Shown here one piece after another: positions 1 through 9,866 of a stretch of DNA of 64,000 bases. The stretch is from an uncultured Planctomycetota bacterium (GTDB taxonomy: Bacteria > Planctomycetota > Planctomycetia > Isosphaerales > Isosphaeraceae), in NCBI GenBank assembly GCA_963845755.1, contig CAWJTV010000028.1:160001-224000 (forward strand), read 5' to 3'. How positions within the stretch are numbered: position 1 is the stretch's first letter; every line of letters starts with the position of its first letter. Position numbers and translations under genes: made by a program. The notes beneath the pieces are model-generated. The model did not search any database and was not told where the DNA came from. It saw only the letters and a program-made list of their open reading frames with translations.

Positions 1-366
1 ATCCTTCGATCGGCGGAATATCCGGTACTCCGTGCCCGGCTCGATGCCGCCATCCTTCGCCTCTCCCGCGGCCTCTCCGCCCTCGGCCTGACCGTCATGG
101 GCGGCGCGACGCCGATCATCTCGATCCTGATCGGAGACGAGTCCATTACGCTCAACGCCGGCAAGTTCCTCTTCGATCGCGGCTATTACGTCCAGTCGGT
201 CCTCTTCCCGGCCGTTCCGTATCACGCGGGAGTCCTCCGCATCCAGTGTAACGCGAATCACGACGACGCGTCGATCGATGGACTGATTGCGGCCTTCGGA
301 GCCCTGGCGCGGACCATGAGATTACCCGTTCGCGGGGCGACTTGCGAACTGCGGGATGTCGGATAA
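1..366 (+). CDS. PLP-dependent class II aminotransferase / 8-amino-7-oxononanoate synthase-like, 3' part (runs off window start)
   Basis: Frame +1 open from base 1; C-terminal TPIISILIGD...VQSVLFPAVP...LRIQCNANH is typical of the alpha-oxoamine synthase fold. Confidence 0.7.
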   Translation: MLRSAEYPVLRARLDAAILRLSRGLSALGLTVMGGATPIISILIGDESITLNAGKFLFDRGYYVQSVLFPAVPYHAGVLRIQCNANHDDASIDGLIAAFGALARTMRLPVRGATCELRDVG

Positions 367-452
367 GTTTCGCGACGACGGCCCGCGCGGGGCAACCAGG
401 ACACGCATCAGCGAGTAGGGTCGAAGCATGATCGAGGAAGCGAGTAAACATC

Positions 453-833
453 GTGACGACCGACGATCGAAGTCGAGTCCTTCTGATCATGCTGGCGGCC
501 GTGGTGGCCCTGAGTTTGGGGGAAACCGCAGTGGCCAGGGGGATGAAGCATTCCGGCGCTGCCGACCATCGCTGGGCTGCCCAGGTCATGGCGATCGTGG
601 GTAACGGGTGGGTCCTCGCCGGAACCGGCCTCGTCGCCATCCATTTCGGACTTTACCTTGTGGCGCTGAAGTATGCGGACCTGAGCTTCGCCCTGCCGCT
701 AACCGCGGCCGCGTACCCGCTGTCGGCCCTGCTGGCGCGATTCTACCTTCGCGAGGACGTGGGGACCGCCCGATGGATCGGGACGCTCCTGATCACAGCC
801 GGAGTGGCGATCGTCCTCCTGGGCGACGACTGA
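453..833 (+). CDS. EamA/SMR-type small membrane transporter (ArnE/F-like)
   Basis: 126 aa, four hydrophobic segments, ADLSFALPL and RWIGTLLITAGV motifs. Confidence 0.75.
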   Translation: MTTDDRSRVLLIMLAAVVALSLGETAVARGMKHSGAADHRWAAQVMAIVGNGWVLAGTGLVAIHFGLYLVALKYADLSFALPLTAAAYPLSALLARFYLREDVGTARWIGTLLITAGVAIVLLGDD

Positions 834-846
834 GGGCGTCGCTGGC

Positions 847-1152
847 TCAGCAGGGACCGGGTTCCGGCTCCTTGGGCACCGTAGCCGTCCCCGACAGATC
901 CGGAATCGCCGCCAGTTTCCTTTCCATCAGGTCGAGGAGATCGCCGACGCGCTGCACGGTGCCCAGTTCCTCGGTCGCAAGCCGGATCCGGAACTCGCGC
1001 TCGATCCGCATCACCACCCCGACGACGTCCACCGAGTCGAGTTTCAAGGATTCGCGCAGGTCTTGCTCGTCCGTAAGGTCGGGGTACGATTCGCCCATCT
1101 CTTCTTCGAGCAAACTCAAGAGCGTCGTTCGGAGCCTCTCACGAGTCAACAT
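847..1152 (-). CDS. Acyl carrier protein
   Basis: MLTRERLR start at 1152; acidic ~100 aa with LKLDSVD phosphopantetheine-site motif and IEREFRI helix. Confidence 0.8.
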   Translation of the reverse strand: MLTRERLRTTLLSLLEEEMGESYPDLTDEQDLRESLKLDSVDVVGVVMRIEREFRIRLATEELGTVQRVGDLLDLMERKLAAIPDLSGTATVPKEPEPGPC

Positions 1153-1352
1153 GCGTGGCAATCCCCACCACGGGCCACAGAGACGGAAGGGCAACTCATC
1201 AGAAGGATACCAATCTCGATTAACTGCAACCAGGCCAAAGGTTTGGCGAGACACTGAATAACCCTGGCGTCCGCGTGCGAACACTCCACGGTTAGGGCAA
1301 GACGCCGTTTCCGCCGACGGTCGGGAGGTTTCTGGCGAGGAAGTCGTGAGAT

Positions 1353-1661
1353 CTAGTTGACGAGACGAACATGCTGAACCCCATGCTTGTCCAGCCAGCC
1401 CATGAGGGACTCCTGCTCCTCGGTCAGCTCGACCTCGGTTGCGTTGGCAGAATCGAGGGGAGACACAAGATAGAAAACTCCCTCCGCGAGCCAACGAGCC
1501 ACCTCGTCGCGAGCAATCCAGTATTCGTCCTCTCCCAGGACCGGGACTCCCGCCGAGCCCGGCGGCGTCATGAAGTAGACCAACTGGCCCCGCAATCGAT
1601 CGGAGATCGTCAGCGGTGAGACATGGGGTTGGTTGACGGGCAGCAACCTAGGCTGGGACAT
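1353..1661 (-). CDS. Hypothetical protein
   Basis: 102 aa globular-looking ORF at the end of the C1 operon, same strand. Confidence 0.6.
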   Translation of the reverse strand: MSQPRLLPVNQPHVSPLTISDRLRGQLVYFMTPPGSAGVPVLGEDEYWIARDEVARWLAEGVFYLVSPLDSANATEVELTEEQESLMGWLDKHGVQHVRLVN

Positions 1662-2371
1662 CGCTCCCTCGGAGGGTTTTCGGCTTGTTCGAGCCAGATC
1701 GCCACAACCGGGATTCTGACCGAACTGAATGGGGTCGTCAAGCTTCGGAGTCGGCTCAATCCAGTAATGATCCGATCGCCGGACGGGTCGCGGAGGTTGA
1801 GATACTCGACGCGAGGGAGGATGCGAGCGATCCGGGGGAAGTTCGCGTCAACGCGCTCGAGACGAGCAGCCAGCTGGCGGTCCGCGCCCCTGGGCAACGA
1901 GGCACTCTTGAGCAAGACGAGGGACGTGGCACCCAGAAGGCCCGCGATCCATGCGGCGATCGAATCCGAAGTGGTATCCCAACTCCGGGGCAATGGTGCC
2001 GTTCCGGACCCCTCAATCTCTTGAACGATCAGGCTCGGGATAAGGACGGGAATCCGGCCGGCGACCCAGACGGGGATAAGCTCCGCGATCTGATCAACCG
2101 CGACCGAGCCTGGCAGGATGGCGGCAAGAAACCTGGCTGTGAAGTCCATCGCATGGATCGCAAGTCGATGAGCGGTCTCGTCGCCCAGATGATGATCCTG
2201 GTCCAGCCGTCGCACGAGATTGGCAGCCGGCCGCCCCCGGCTATCAGGACCAGGTCGCCCGCTTGCGACCCTCGCTCGCTGTCCCTTCACGAATGCCGCC
2301 AGGTGAACGGGTAGCTCGGGCCAGTCGAGCAGGCTGCCGCCGACCTTGATCACGGAGACGTCCGCATCCAT
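1610..2371 (-). CDS. Amino-acid kinase family protein (Orf21/MfnE-like, methanofuran biosynthesis); local indels likely
   Basis: VIKVGGSL N-terminus, HRLAIHAM, LPRSWDTTSDSIAAW, LVLLKS; start overlaps the upstream stop (TGATG). Confidence 0.75.
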   Translation of the reverse strand: MDADVSVIKVGGSLLDWPELPVHLAAFVKGQRARVASGRPGPDSRGRPAANLVRRLDQDHHLGDETAHRLAIHAMDFTARFLAAILPGSVAVDQIAELIPVWVAGRIPVLIPSLIVQEIEGSGTAPLPRSWDTTSDSIAAWIAGLLGATSLVLLKSASLPRGADRQLAARLERVDANFPRIARILPRVEYLNLRDPSGDRIITGLSRLRSLTTPFSSVRIPVVAIWLEQAENPPRERCPSLGCCPSTNPMSHR

Positions 2372-3447
2372 CACGACGGTCTCCACGGAGCAGCGCGTGC
2401 CACGTCCTGCATGCGGGACTCCGAGGCGAGTTGGACCAGAGCAAAGGCACATCCCGCGGCGGAGGCCACTTCGCCCCAAGCTTCCTTGAGACTGATGACC
2501 GGCCCATCGTGTGCGATCAAGCGAAGGGCGAGCCGACGAGCCAGGAAGTCGCCCGATCCCGCGATGACGGCCGCGTTCGGCCACCCGATCGTGGGACGAC
2601 AGGCCCGCTCGACCGCCTGCTCGAGACGATCCAGCAAGCGGGTGTCGGAGGCCTGGGAGAAGATGAGAGCATCGTCGGTGGAGAATCCATCTCGATCCGC
2701 GCCGACCATGCGTGCCAGGCGATCCCGCGCGGCGTCGGCCGTGGAGGGACGTCCGTCGGCGGTGGAGAGGTCGAGAGGGTTGGATGCGATGTCACCGAGG
2801 GTCAGGTAGACATCCAGGGTGGATGCGAACAGCTCGGCGGCCAGACCAGTCGGGACACCTCGGAACGGGAGCTCAGTAGCCAGTGCGCAGACCGGCGTGC
2901 GTCGGACTCCGGCATACACCAGTTCCCCTAACTGGAGCCGTTCCGTGTCGCTTCGTCCCCGAGCGACGACCGAGCCCTGATCCAGGGGTATGAGGTCGGT
3001 TGTGGTCGTGCCGATGTCTATCAGCAGGGCTGCGTCGTGAGGGAAGAGTCGGGCGGCGAGCGTCGCAAGCGCCAGCCAGTTGGCCGCCGCTGCCATTCGC
3101 GGTGCCGCCCGGGCATCGGCCACGCTGTGGAACGCGCCGTCAACGCCCCAGACAGCAATCGAACGACCCGGAAGCGCCTCGACGAGTGCGTCGAGGATCG
3201 CGTGAACGCCGACCTCCTTGGTCGGATAACAGTCGCAGAGCTCGGCGGTCATCGTAACCGCGGCTGCGGTGCTCGGCGGGAATATGGCCGCGACGGCCGC
3301 GATCGTGCGGCCCAGATCCTCCGGCCGCTTCCAGACCTCGAAGGGCACCGTCCGGGCCATCCCCTCACTGTGGGACGCCTTGATGTTGGCGCCGCCGATA
3401 TCCAGGCCGAGCCAGGCGCTCCGTCTTCCATCTGTGCGATCGCTCAT
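2371..3447 (-). CDS. H4MPT-linked C1 pathway protein, hydantoinase/oxoprolinase family (Orf9/MfnF-like)
   Basis: GLDIGGANIK, VTMTAELCDC, AAANW, DIGTTTTDLIP, ELVYAGVRRTP, AELFA motifs. Confidence 0.85.
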   Translation of the reverse strand: MSDRTDGRRSAWLGLDIGGANIKASHSEGMARTVPFEVWKRPEDLGRTIAAVAAIFPPSTAAAVTMTAELCDCYPTKEVGVHAILDALVEALPGRSIAVWGVDGAFHSVADARAAPRMAAAANWLALATLAARLFPHDAALLIDIGTTTTDLIPLDQGSVVARGRSDTERLQLGELVYAGVRRTPVCALATELPFRGVPTGLAAELFASTLDVYLTLGDIASNPLDLSTADGRPSTADAARDRLARMVGADRDGFSTDDALIFSQASDTRLLDRLEQAVERACRPTIGWPNAAVIAGSGDFLARRLALRLIAHDGPVISLKEAWGEVASAAGCAFALVQLASESRMQDVARAAPWRPS

Positions 3448-4544
3448 CAGACGACTCCTCGATCAAACCGCACGCCGCCCGAGGCGTCGAACGATAGAGG
3501 TCTGCTCCCGTGAACCCGATCCGCCAGCCCGCGGAGCAGTTCAGCATCGCCCACCTGGTTTTCGAAGGCAACGAGCCAGGCATCGGCGAGCTGTCCCGCG
3601 GGCAAGAGTCGAGTCAGCCCCACGCACGACGTGGTCGGCCGCGGATTGATCTCGAGCACCGTTGCCTGACGACGGGCCTCGTCCCAGAGGAAATCGACGC
3701 CAACGAACCCTCGAAGTCCCGGGATCGATTCCACGATCGGCCGGAGCTGCGACTCCGCGTAGCGACACGGAGCCGGTAGGCGCCCACCACGGTATTCGAA
3801 TCGAGCATCGCGGACGGTGACATCCTGGATTCCGACACCGACTAGCCAACCTCTCTCGTGAACATCGACGAGGAAGCTCGCACTCATCGGTGTGCCGGGC
3901 AGGTACGGCTGAAGCAGGGCGCGAGGTACCTTGCGAGCCGCGGCCGGGAGCCTTCGATGGTGTGTCAGGCAGAAGGTGTCGATCGCCCCCGCTCCATCGA
4001 CCGGCTTCAGGACCGCGGGGAACTCCGCATCGTCCGGCAATCCCTCCGAAGGGTTGATCGTGCGACTCGGAGGCGTTGCGATTCCGCGCGATTCCAACCA
4101 TCGGCACAGCCGTTCCTTGTCGCCGGTGAGCTCGATCGCGTGCGGCAACGAGCCGAGCACACGGGCTCCGGCCGAGTGGAGCGCGCCCGTCACGCGTGCC
4201 AGGATCCCCGTGGTCTCGGGAGCCACCAGTACGGTAAAATCGGCCGCGCGTGCCAGTTCGGGGAGGCGACACTCCAACTGACCCGGCGCGATCCTTTGGA
4301 TGTTCCAGGGACCCGGGTCTTCCGGTAGCCGCGCATCCAGGGTGACGATGACCCGCGCCGTTCCCCCTGCGGAGGCCGAAAAGTCCGCCGCAAGGGCCCG
4401 GCGCATTGCGCAGCCCTCGGCCGCCCACGACGAGGGAAGCGGCTCGTCTGCCAGTCCTCCGCCGGTCACCCATTCATGAACCAGAATCGTCAACGATCGT
4501 CCGCGGATCATCACGCGAATGCCATTCCGAGTTGTGCCGGTCAT
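3447..4544 (-). CDS. ATP-grasp ligase (tyramine-glutamate ligase MfnD-like); start uncertain, possibly ~4511
   Basis: HEWVTGGG...EGCAM, APET, KPVDGAG, GFVGVD, EINPRPTTS. Confidence 0.8.
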   Translation of the reverse strand: MTGTTRNGIRVMIRGRSLTILVHEWVTGGGLADEPLPSSWAAEGCAMRRALAADFSASAGGTARVIVTLDARLPEDPGPWNIQRIAPGQLECRLPELARAADFTVLVAPETTGILARVTGALHSAGARVLGSLPHAIELTGDKERLCRWLESRGIATPPSRTINPSEGLPDDAEFPAVLKPVDGAGAIDTFCLTHHRRLPAAARKVPRALLQPYLPGTPMSASFLVDVHERGWLVGVGIQDVTVRDARFEYRGGRLPAPCRYAESQLRPIVESIPGLRGFVGVDFLWDEARRQATVLEINPRPTTSCVGLTRLLPAGQLADAWLVAFENQVGDAELLRGLADRVHGSRPLSFDASGGVRFDRGVV

Positions 4545-5283
4545 CGACTTGAAGAAAGGCCGGGCCGTTCACGCTGTGGGCGGCCACCGAGATCAGTATC
4601 AACCGCTCCGCAGCATTTGGCAAGCGACTGCCCTCCCGGAGGAACTCGCGTGCAGCCTGCGCGACGGGCTGGGTCTGAACTCGCTGTACCTCGCCGACCT
4701 GGACGCCATCGGAGGACACCCGCCGCACATCGAGCTCTATCGGCGGCTCCGCGAACTGGTTCCCGACATCTGGATCGACGCCGGTCTGCGCGACGCGCGG
4801 GACGTCGCCGGACTGCTCGATCTCGGTCGTCGCGATCTAAGTGCCGTCGTCGGCCTGGAAAGCCTGACGAGTCCGCGCGATCTGGCGGGTGTTCTGGAAC
4901 GAATGGGAGTCGACCGCACGATCTTCAGCCTCGACCTTTTCGACGGACGTCCGCGGATCGCGCCCGCCGCGGAATGGATGACCGACGATCCGATCGCGAT
5001 CGCAGATCGCGCGATCGCTGAAGGCGTTCGCCGCTTGATCCTTCTCGACCTGGCGCGGGTCGGCACGGGGCGAGGACCAGGGTCTCACCGACTCCTCGTC
5101 GAAATCCGACAGGGTTATCCCCATGTCGAGATGACCGTGGGGGGCGGGATCACGCGTGTTGAGGAGATCCTGGAGTTGCGAGACGCCGGCGCGACGGCCG
5201 TCCTGGTTGGCTCGGCGATTCATGACGGGCGGATCGGCCGTCGGGAATTGGAGTGGATCGCCGGAGCGGACCGAAAGCTGTGA
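4519..5283 (+). CDS. HisA/HisF-related TIM-barrel protein (Orf17-like, H4MPT cluster)
   Basis: VPVIDLKKGRAVHAVGG, LYLADLDAI, LDLARVG, VGGGI. Confidence 0.8.
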   Translation: MPFRVVPVIDLKKGRAVHAVGGHRDQYQPLRSIWQATALPEELACSLRDGLGLNSLYLADLDAIGGHPPHIELYRRLRELVPDIWIDAGLRDARDVAGLLDLGRRDLSAVVGLESLTSPRDLAGVLERMGVDRTIFSLDLFDGRPRIAPAAEWMTDDPIAIADRAIAEGVRRLILLDLARVGTGRGPGSHRLLVEIRQGYPHVEMTVGGGITRVEEILELRDAGATAVLVGSAIHDGRIGRRELEWIAGADRKL

Positions 5284-5303
5284 GGCTACTCACGGATCGG
5301 ACC

Positions 5304-5799
5304 CTATCCTTCCCGGCGCCATTCCACCTCGGCCGACTGGCCGAAGCTCTCCTCGACTTCGACACGGATCACGCGCGGCAAGCTCCAGCCCCGGTCGAGC
5401 ATGGCCGCCTGGAGCCGGCCCGCGATGTATTCGGCCAGAAGCTCCGCGGTCGTGTTGGCAATCGGGACCAGCGCATTCCTCACGGGGGAAGCTCCAGTAA
5501 CGATCACCGTAGGTCACGCGGATGTTCGGGCCATCCTCGTGCAATAAGATATGACGGCTTCTCGTGGGGAGAAGCATCCGGTGGTCGAGCCCGTCGACGA
5601 TCGACTTGGTCATGTCCTTCAGTGCGATGAAGTCGATCACATAGTGATTCTCATCCAGGTCGCCTTCGGCCTCGACGGCTGTACGGTAATTGTGGCCGTG
5701 GAGTCGCTCGCACTGATCGCCCTCGTACGTGATGAAATGCCCCGAGCAGAAGACCAGGTAGTCCTTCGTGACCCGGACCTTGAAATGACAGGATGACAT
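5304..5799 (-). CDS. 6-pyruvoyl-tetrahydropterin synthase family (COG0720), frameshift near 5480
   Basis: FCSGHFI, CERLHGHNY, DFIALK, LDHRML; C-terminus PIANTTAELLAEY...VEVEE in another frame. Confidence 0.8.
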
Positions 5800-5870
5800 G
5801 TCGTGAGAATCCATAGCGAAGTTCGGCCGTGAAGTGACGTCTCTGAATGCCTCTCGGGTCAGGTGGAGAA

Positions 5871-6791
5871 TCATCCCTCTGAGAGAGAGTCCCATGAGCC
5901 GGGAGGTAGGGGTAAATGAATTGTCCCATCTCGCAGGGCTGCGTACAAGACGGCTGAGACCAGGTCGGCAGTCGTGCCGGGATTGAGGCGACGGCCGGGT
6001 TCCCCGAGCCAGTCGTCGAAGGCCTCATATCGCCTCCGCGCTTCGTCGCTGTCCGGCCAGCCATCCTCAAGGATTCCCGTCGCCCCGTTGCAGACTTCGA
6101 GAGCCCGAGTCATGCCGGCCTTCCGCGCGATCAAGGAATCCGGATTCCGGGCCAGGATAGTGAGCGACGTACCCACGATCGCGGTTTCCAGATCCCGACC
6201 CTGCTCCAGGAAATCCCGGAATGCCGGCAGGCCCTCGCCCAGGACGTCCTGGAATCCGTTCGCGTACTGCCGGGCGATCAGGTCGCGATCTGCGGCGAGG
6301 CTCATCACCTCGCGAAGGTCGATCGTCGGCTCATGCGCGATATCCTGATCGGGGACGGTCCCCATTCCACCGGGCTGCGCCAGCCGGATCGCGCGAAAGA
6401 CGAGCCTCGCGTCCTCGACGGTCGTGGCGTCGAGCACGGATTCGATACCCCCTCGCAATCGGACACCTTGCGGCACTGACGCCAGGGGGGCCAGGAGGAG
6501 CACCATTCCCAGGTTGGTATTTGTCGAGACCACACGCCGCGTGGCCTCGATGGACCGGTAGACCGCCTCACCCACGCCCGACATGTTGACCCGGTCCAGA
6601 GGCTCGACGATCGCGCCGGCGCTCAAGACGAAGTCGAGGAACGTCAAATCCGGGAAGTCCCTCAGCCGGTGGACGTTGCCCGGTTTCCTGGCGTTCACTT
6701 CCAGCAAGCAGGCGATCTGCGCCAGTCGGCCCGGACTCAGGACAGGTCTCGGCGAGTTCTCGGGGTGTGACAAGGGATCAGGCTCGGTCAT
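5871..6791 (-). CDS. CitG-like triphosphoribosyl-dephospho-CoA synthase family (Orf7)
   Basis: EVNARKPGNVHR, NTNLGMVLL, DSLIARK, LNPGTTADL. Confidence 0.85.
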   Translation of the reverse strand: MTEPDPLSHPENSPRPVLSPGRLAQIACLLEVNARKPGNVHRLRDFPDLTFLDFVLSAGAIVEPLDRVNMSGVGEAVYRSIEATRRVVSTNTNLGMVLLLAPLASVPQGVRLRGGIESVLDATTVEDARLVFRAIRLAQPGGMGTVPDQDIAHEPTIDLREVMSLAADRDLIARQYANGFQDVLGEGLPAFRDFLEQGRDLETAIVGTSLTILARNPDSLIARKAGMTRALEVCNGATGILEDGWPDSDEARRRYEAFDDWLGEPGRRLNPGTTADLVSAVLYAALRDGTIHLPLPPGSWDSLSEG

Positions 6792-7699
6792 GGTCCCGGA
6801 TCGACCCTCGCGAATTCCTCAGCGTTTCGATCACCGCCGCGGCAACATCGAGCCCGGTGACTCGTGAAAGTGCACGCCAGCCCGGCACGGCGTTGACCTC
6901 CAGTAGCGTGAGACGAGCGCGGTCGGCATCAGGAATCAAGTTCGACGCCGGCCATCTCGGCCCCGAGTACGCGGGCGGAGTCGATGGCCAGACGTTCGGC
7001 CTCCGCGTCCAGCCGGCACGGTTCGGCTCGCCCGCCGAGCGAGACATTCGTCCGCCATTCTCCGGACGTCGCGTGTTAACGCATCGCACCCAGCACGGAT
7101 CCCTTCAGCACGAACACGCGGAGATCATGGCCCGGGTGGCGGACGAACTGCTGGAGGTACAGAATCGCGCCCAGCCGTTCGAGGGTATGGAAGGTCCGCC
7201 AGGCCAGTTCCCGGTCGCTGATCCGGAGCAGTCCCCGACCCTCTGACCCGAAGAGCGGCTTGACCACCACATCGCCACCCAGCGCCTCGAATGCAGTCAG
7301 GGCCGCGGTCGCCGACTGGCCGGCCCAGGTCGCCGGAACCGGCAGGCCCGACGCCGAGAGCTTGGCCAGACTCAGATACTTATCGACGGCCGCCTCGACG
7401 GCGCGTGGGGGATTGAGCACCGGCACGCCCGACGCCGCCACTCGGTGTAGCGCGTCCATCCGGAAAACCACCTGCTCCAGGCTCCCGGGTGGCATCATCC
7501 GAACCAGCACGCCATCCGTGTTCAGCAGATCGAGGCCGCCAGCCCGAATCGACGATGCGCGACGGTCCAGTTCCACCGAGGCCGAGACGTCGGAGAACGG
7601 GATCGCGTGCAACGCGACTTCGAGCCGTCCTGCAGCCCGATGCAGGTCGGCGACATGCCAGCCCAAGCCGGAGACCAAGGCCACGAGCGTCTTCATCAA
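6778..7699 (-). CDS. RimK-family alpha-L-glutamate ligase (Orf5), frameshifted near 6950-7090
   Basis: PPGSLEQVVFRMDAL, VDKY, KPLFGSEGRG, DLRVFV; LLEVNAVPGWRAL in the downstream frame. Confidence 0.8.
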
Positions 7700-8663
7700 C
7701 TAGCGCGCGCCCTTCGAAGCCAAACGAGCGTCCGAGGACGTCGGGATTGAGGCGTCCGAAGGAATGGACCTTTCCCGAATCCAGGTTCTGGAACGACACT
7801 TCCGCCGGGCTGAACAGGTGCGGATCCACCTTGTAGAAGTCATTGTTGTACCGCGCGAAGATCGCGGCGAACGGCTCTCCGTAATCGTGCGAGGCCGAGG
7901 AAGGGACCTGGGGACCGATTGCTTCCAGGCTGGCATCGTCTCCCGTCACGTAGAGCAGCACCCGCGCGCCATAGAGGATGGAATCGTTGGTCCGGCCGAT
8001 CGCGGCGAGGTCGTTATCGGCGACCGGGGGCAGGGGAGCCGTACCGTACGCCGAGACGATTCGCGTCAGGTCGAACTTCAACTCATGGAGCTTGTGCAGC
8101 GCCGTCTCGACCGAACGGGCCACGATCTGGACGCCGCCCGCCAGGCTGGCCGTCGGGGCGGCCAGCAGCGTAAGCGCCGCGGGCTCGACCCGGCAGGCGG
8201 CGGCGATCTTGGCAAAGATCACTGGCGGTGGCGGCTTGCGGGTTTCCAGCACGCCCACGATCGCAGGAGCCGATTCGCGGAAATCGATCGCCTCATAGAT
8301 TGCCTCGCTTCCCGCCGCGGCTCGCATCGGCCCTGAGCCCATCGCGAAGTATTTCCCATCCTGGATCGCCCAGCCTGCGTACTGGCTCGCCAGGCAGGCG
8401 CGAACCGGATGATCGGTGACGACCTGGATCACCGGAATCGACCGGCCGCCGACCTCTCCGGGTAGCATGGAAACCTGTCCCAAGCCGCCCAGGCAGACTC
8501 GCGCCACCTCGATCCCCGCCAGCAGGCTGCCCCTCGACTCGATCCCGCAGTCGATGTATCGGCCGCCGCCCTCGATCGTACGGACCGCGGTCCGGTAATC
8601 CTCGGGATGAGTCGCCAGTGTTTCGGCGACCGAAAGTGCGCGACGGTTCAAGGTCCACGCCAT
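7700..8663 (-). CDS. mch: Methenyl-H4MPT cyclohydrolase (stop probably displaced by an indel near 7700)
   Basis: ACLASQYAGW, MGSGPMRA, QIVARSVETALHKL, IGRTNDSILYG, FYKVDPHLFSPA. Confidence 0.92.
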
Positions 8664-8923
8664 GATTTCACCCAGCTTTCACGAGGATCCAACCTCTTCC
8701 ACGACCGAGAGCCGTGCACCTGATAACAGGTGGATTAACAGGTGAGTCAGCCTCGCCAGCGATCCATTAGCGTTAATCAAGTTTATATAATTTAAAAATA
8801 TGAACACGATTATAATAGGGCAGGAAATCGGTTTGCGAACCGTTCGAGGCCCCGAGCCGTTAAATTGTAACCGACGCGCTCTGGATGGAGATACTCCTCG
8901 CTGCTGGTTTGCGACCCTGTTAA

Positions 8924-9846
8924 TCAAGTCGGCGCCGGATATCGTTCCAGGACATCGTGGAGTCGGATTGGGAACGGTCCGAGTTTACCCCCGTAGTTGC
9001 CCGCAGTGACTCCCAAGATCGCGTTGTCGGGTTGCGTCGCGGCGTGCAGGCCGGCGGCCGTGGCCCGTTCGACGGCCTCGAGGCTCAGTCCGTCGATGAC
9101 GATCTCGTAAACACAGCGGGCCTCGGGTGGCAACTCGGTCGGGACGACCCCGCGGAGTATCGGTGCGAAGCCGGTATTGGTGCTGGCGCAGGGCCTTGTA
9201 CTTGCTACCGACCTTCGAACCCGAACGAGCAATTCCTCCGGGAAAGGGGAGGATGACGTCGGGACACCGGCGCATCGCGGTGGCGGCGCGTTCGGTCGCC
9301 TGTAGCGTCGCGGCAGGCTCGGACCCCAGCAGGATGATATTGCCCCCCGCGACGCCTTTGATCGTCCCGAAGGTCTCCTCGCAGAGGAACTCGCCGTCCA
9401 TCATCGGGACGCGCCAGGACGCGCCGGCCTCCGATCCACTTCGAGATCTGCCAGCCATCGCCGAAATACCGGAGCCGGCCCCCGACGTTGATCGTCTTCT
9501 CGCCCAATGGTAGTCCGTTGTAGCAGGCGGTCGTCGGACAGGTCATCACGCATTGCCCGACCCGGTTCGACACGGCCTTCTCCAGGGCATCCCGGCTGAA
9601 CGCGAAGACCAGGAGACTCACGCCGGGACGGGCGTCGGGGGTCTCGGATGCGGCGAGCTGGCGCTCGATGGCGGCCTCGGCGTCGCAGCCGATGACGCTC
9701 GTGGCGTACCCGGTCATGGTCTGACCAGCGATCCAGGCCCAGGGGCGCGTCACGGCCGTCACGATCACGCGCGTGGCCGTCATCGGAAAGGCCTCAGCGA
9801 AGGTGTCCACCACCATCCCGCGGAGGCGAGCCGTGTCGAGATTCAT
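8924..9846 (-). CDS. fhcD: Formylmethanofuran-H4MPT formyltransferase, in three frames
   Basis: DTFAEAF, ATSVIGCDAEA, RVGQCVMTCPTT, GVAGGN, PFPGGIARSGSKVGS, EIVIDG, AGNYGGKLG. Confidence 0.9.
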
Positions 9847-9866
9847 CGATGAATCGCCGGGAACGT

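Noticed and set aside
1..1152. Sphingolipid-like locus (oxoamine synthase plus ACP)
   Set aside because: The enzyme is only partly in the window and the ACP is convergent; too little evidence
7380..7700. C-terminal extension or fusion of Mch
   Set aside because: Overlaps the RimK-like gene out of frame; best explained by an indel hiding the stop near 7700
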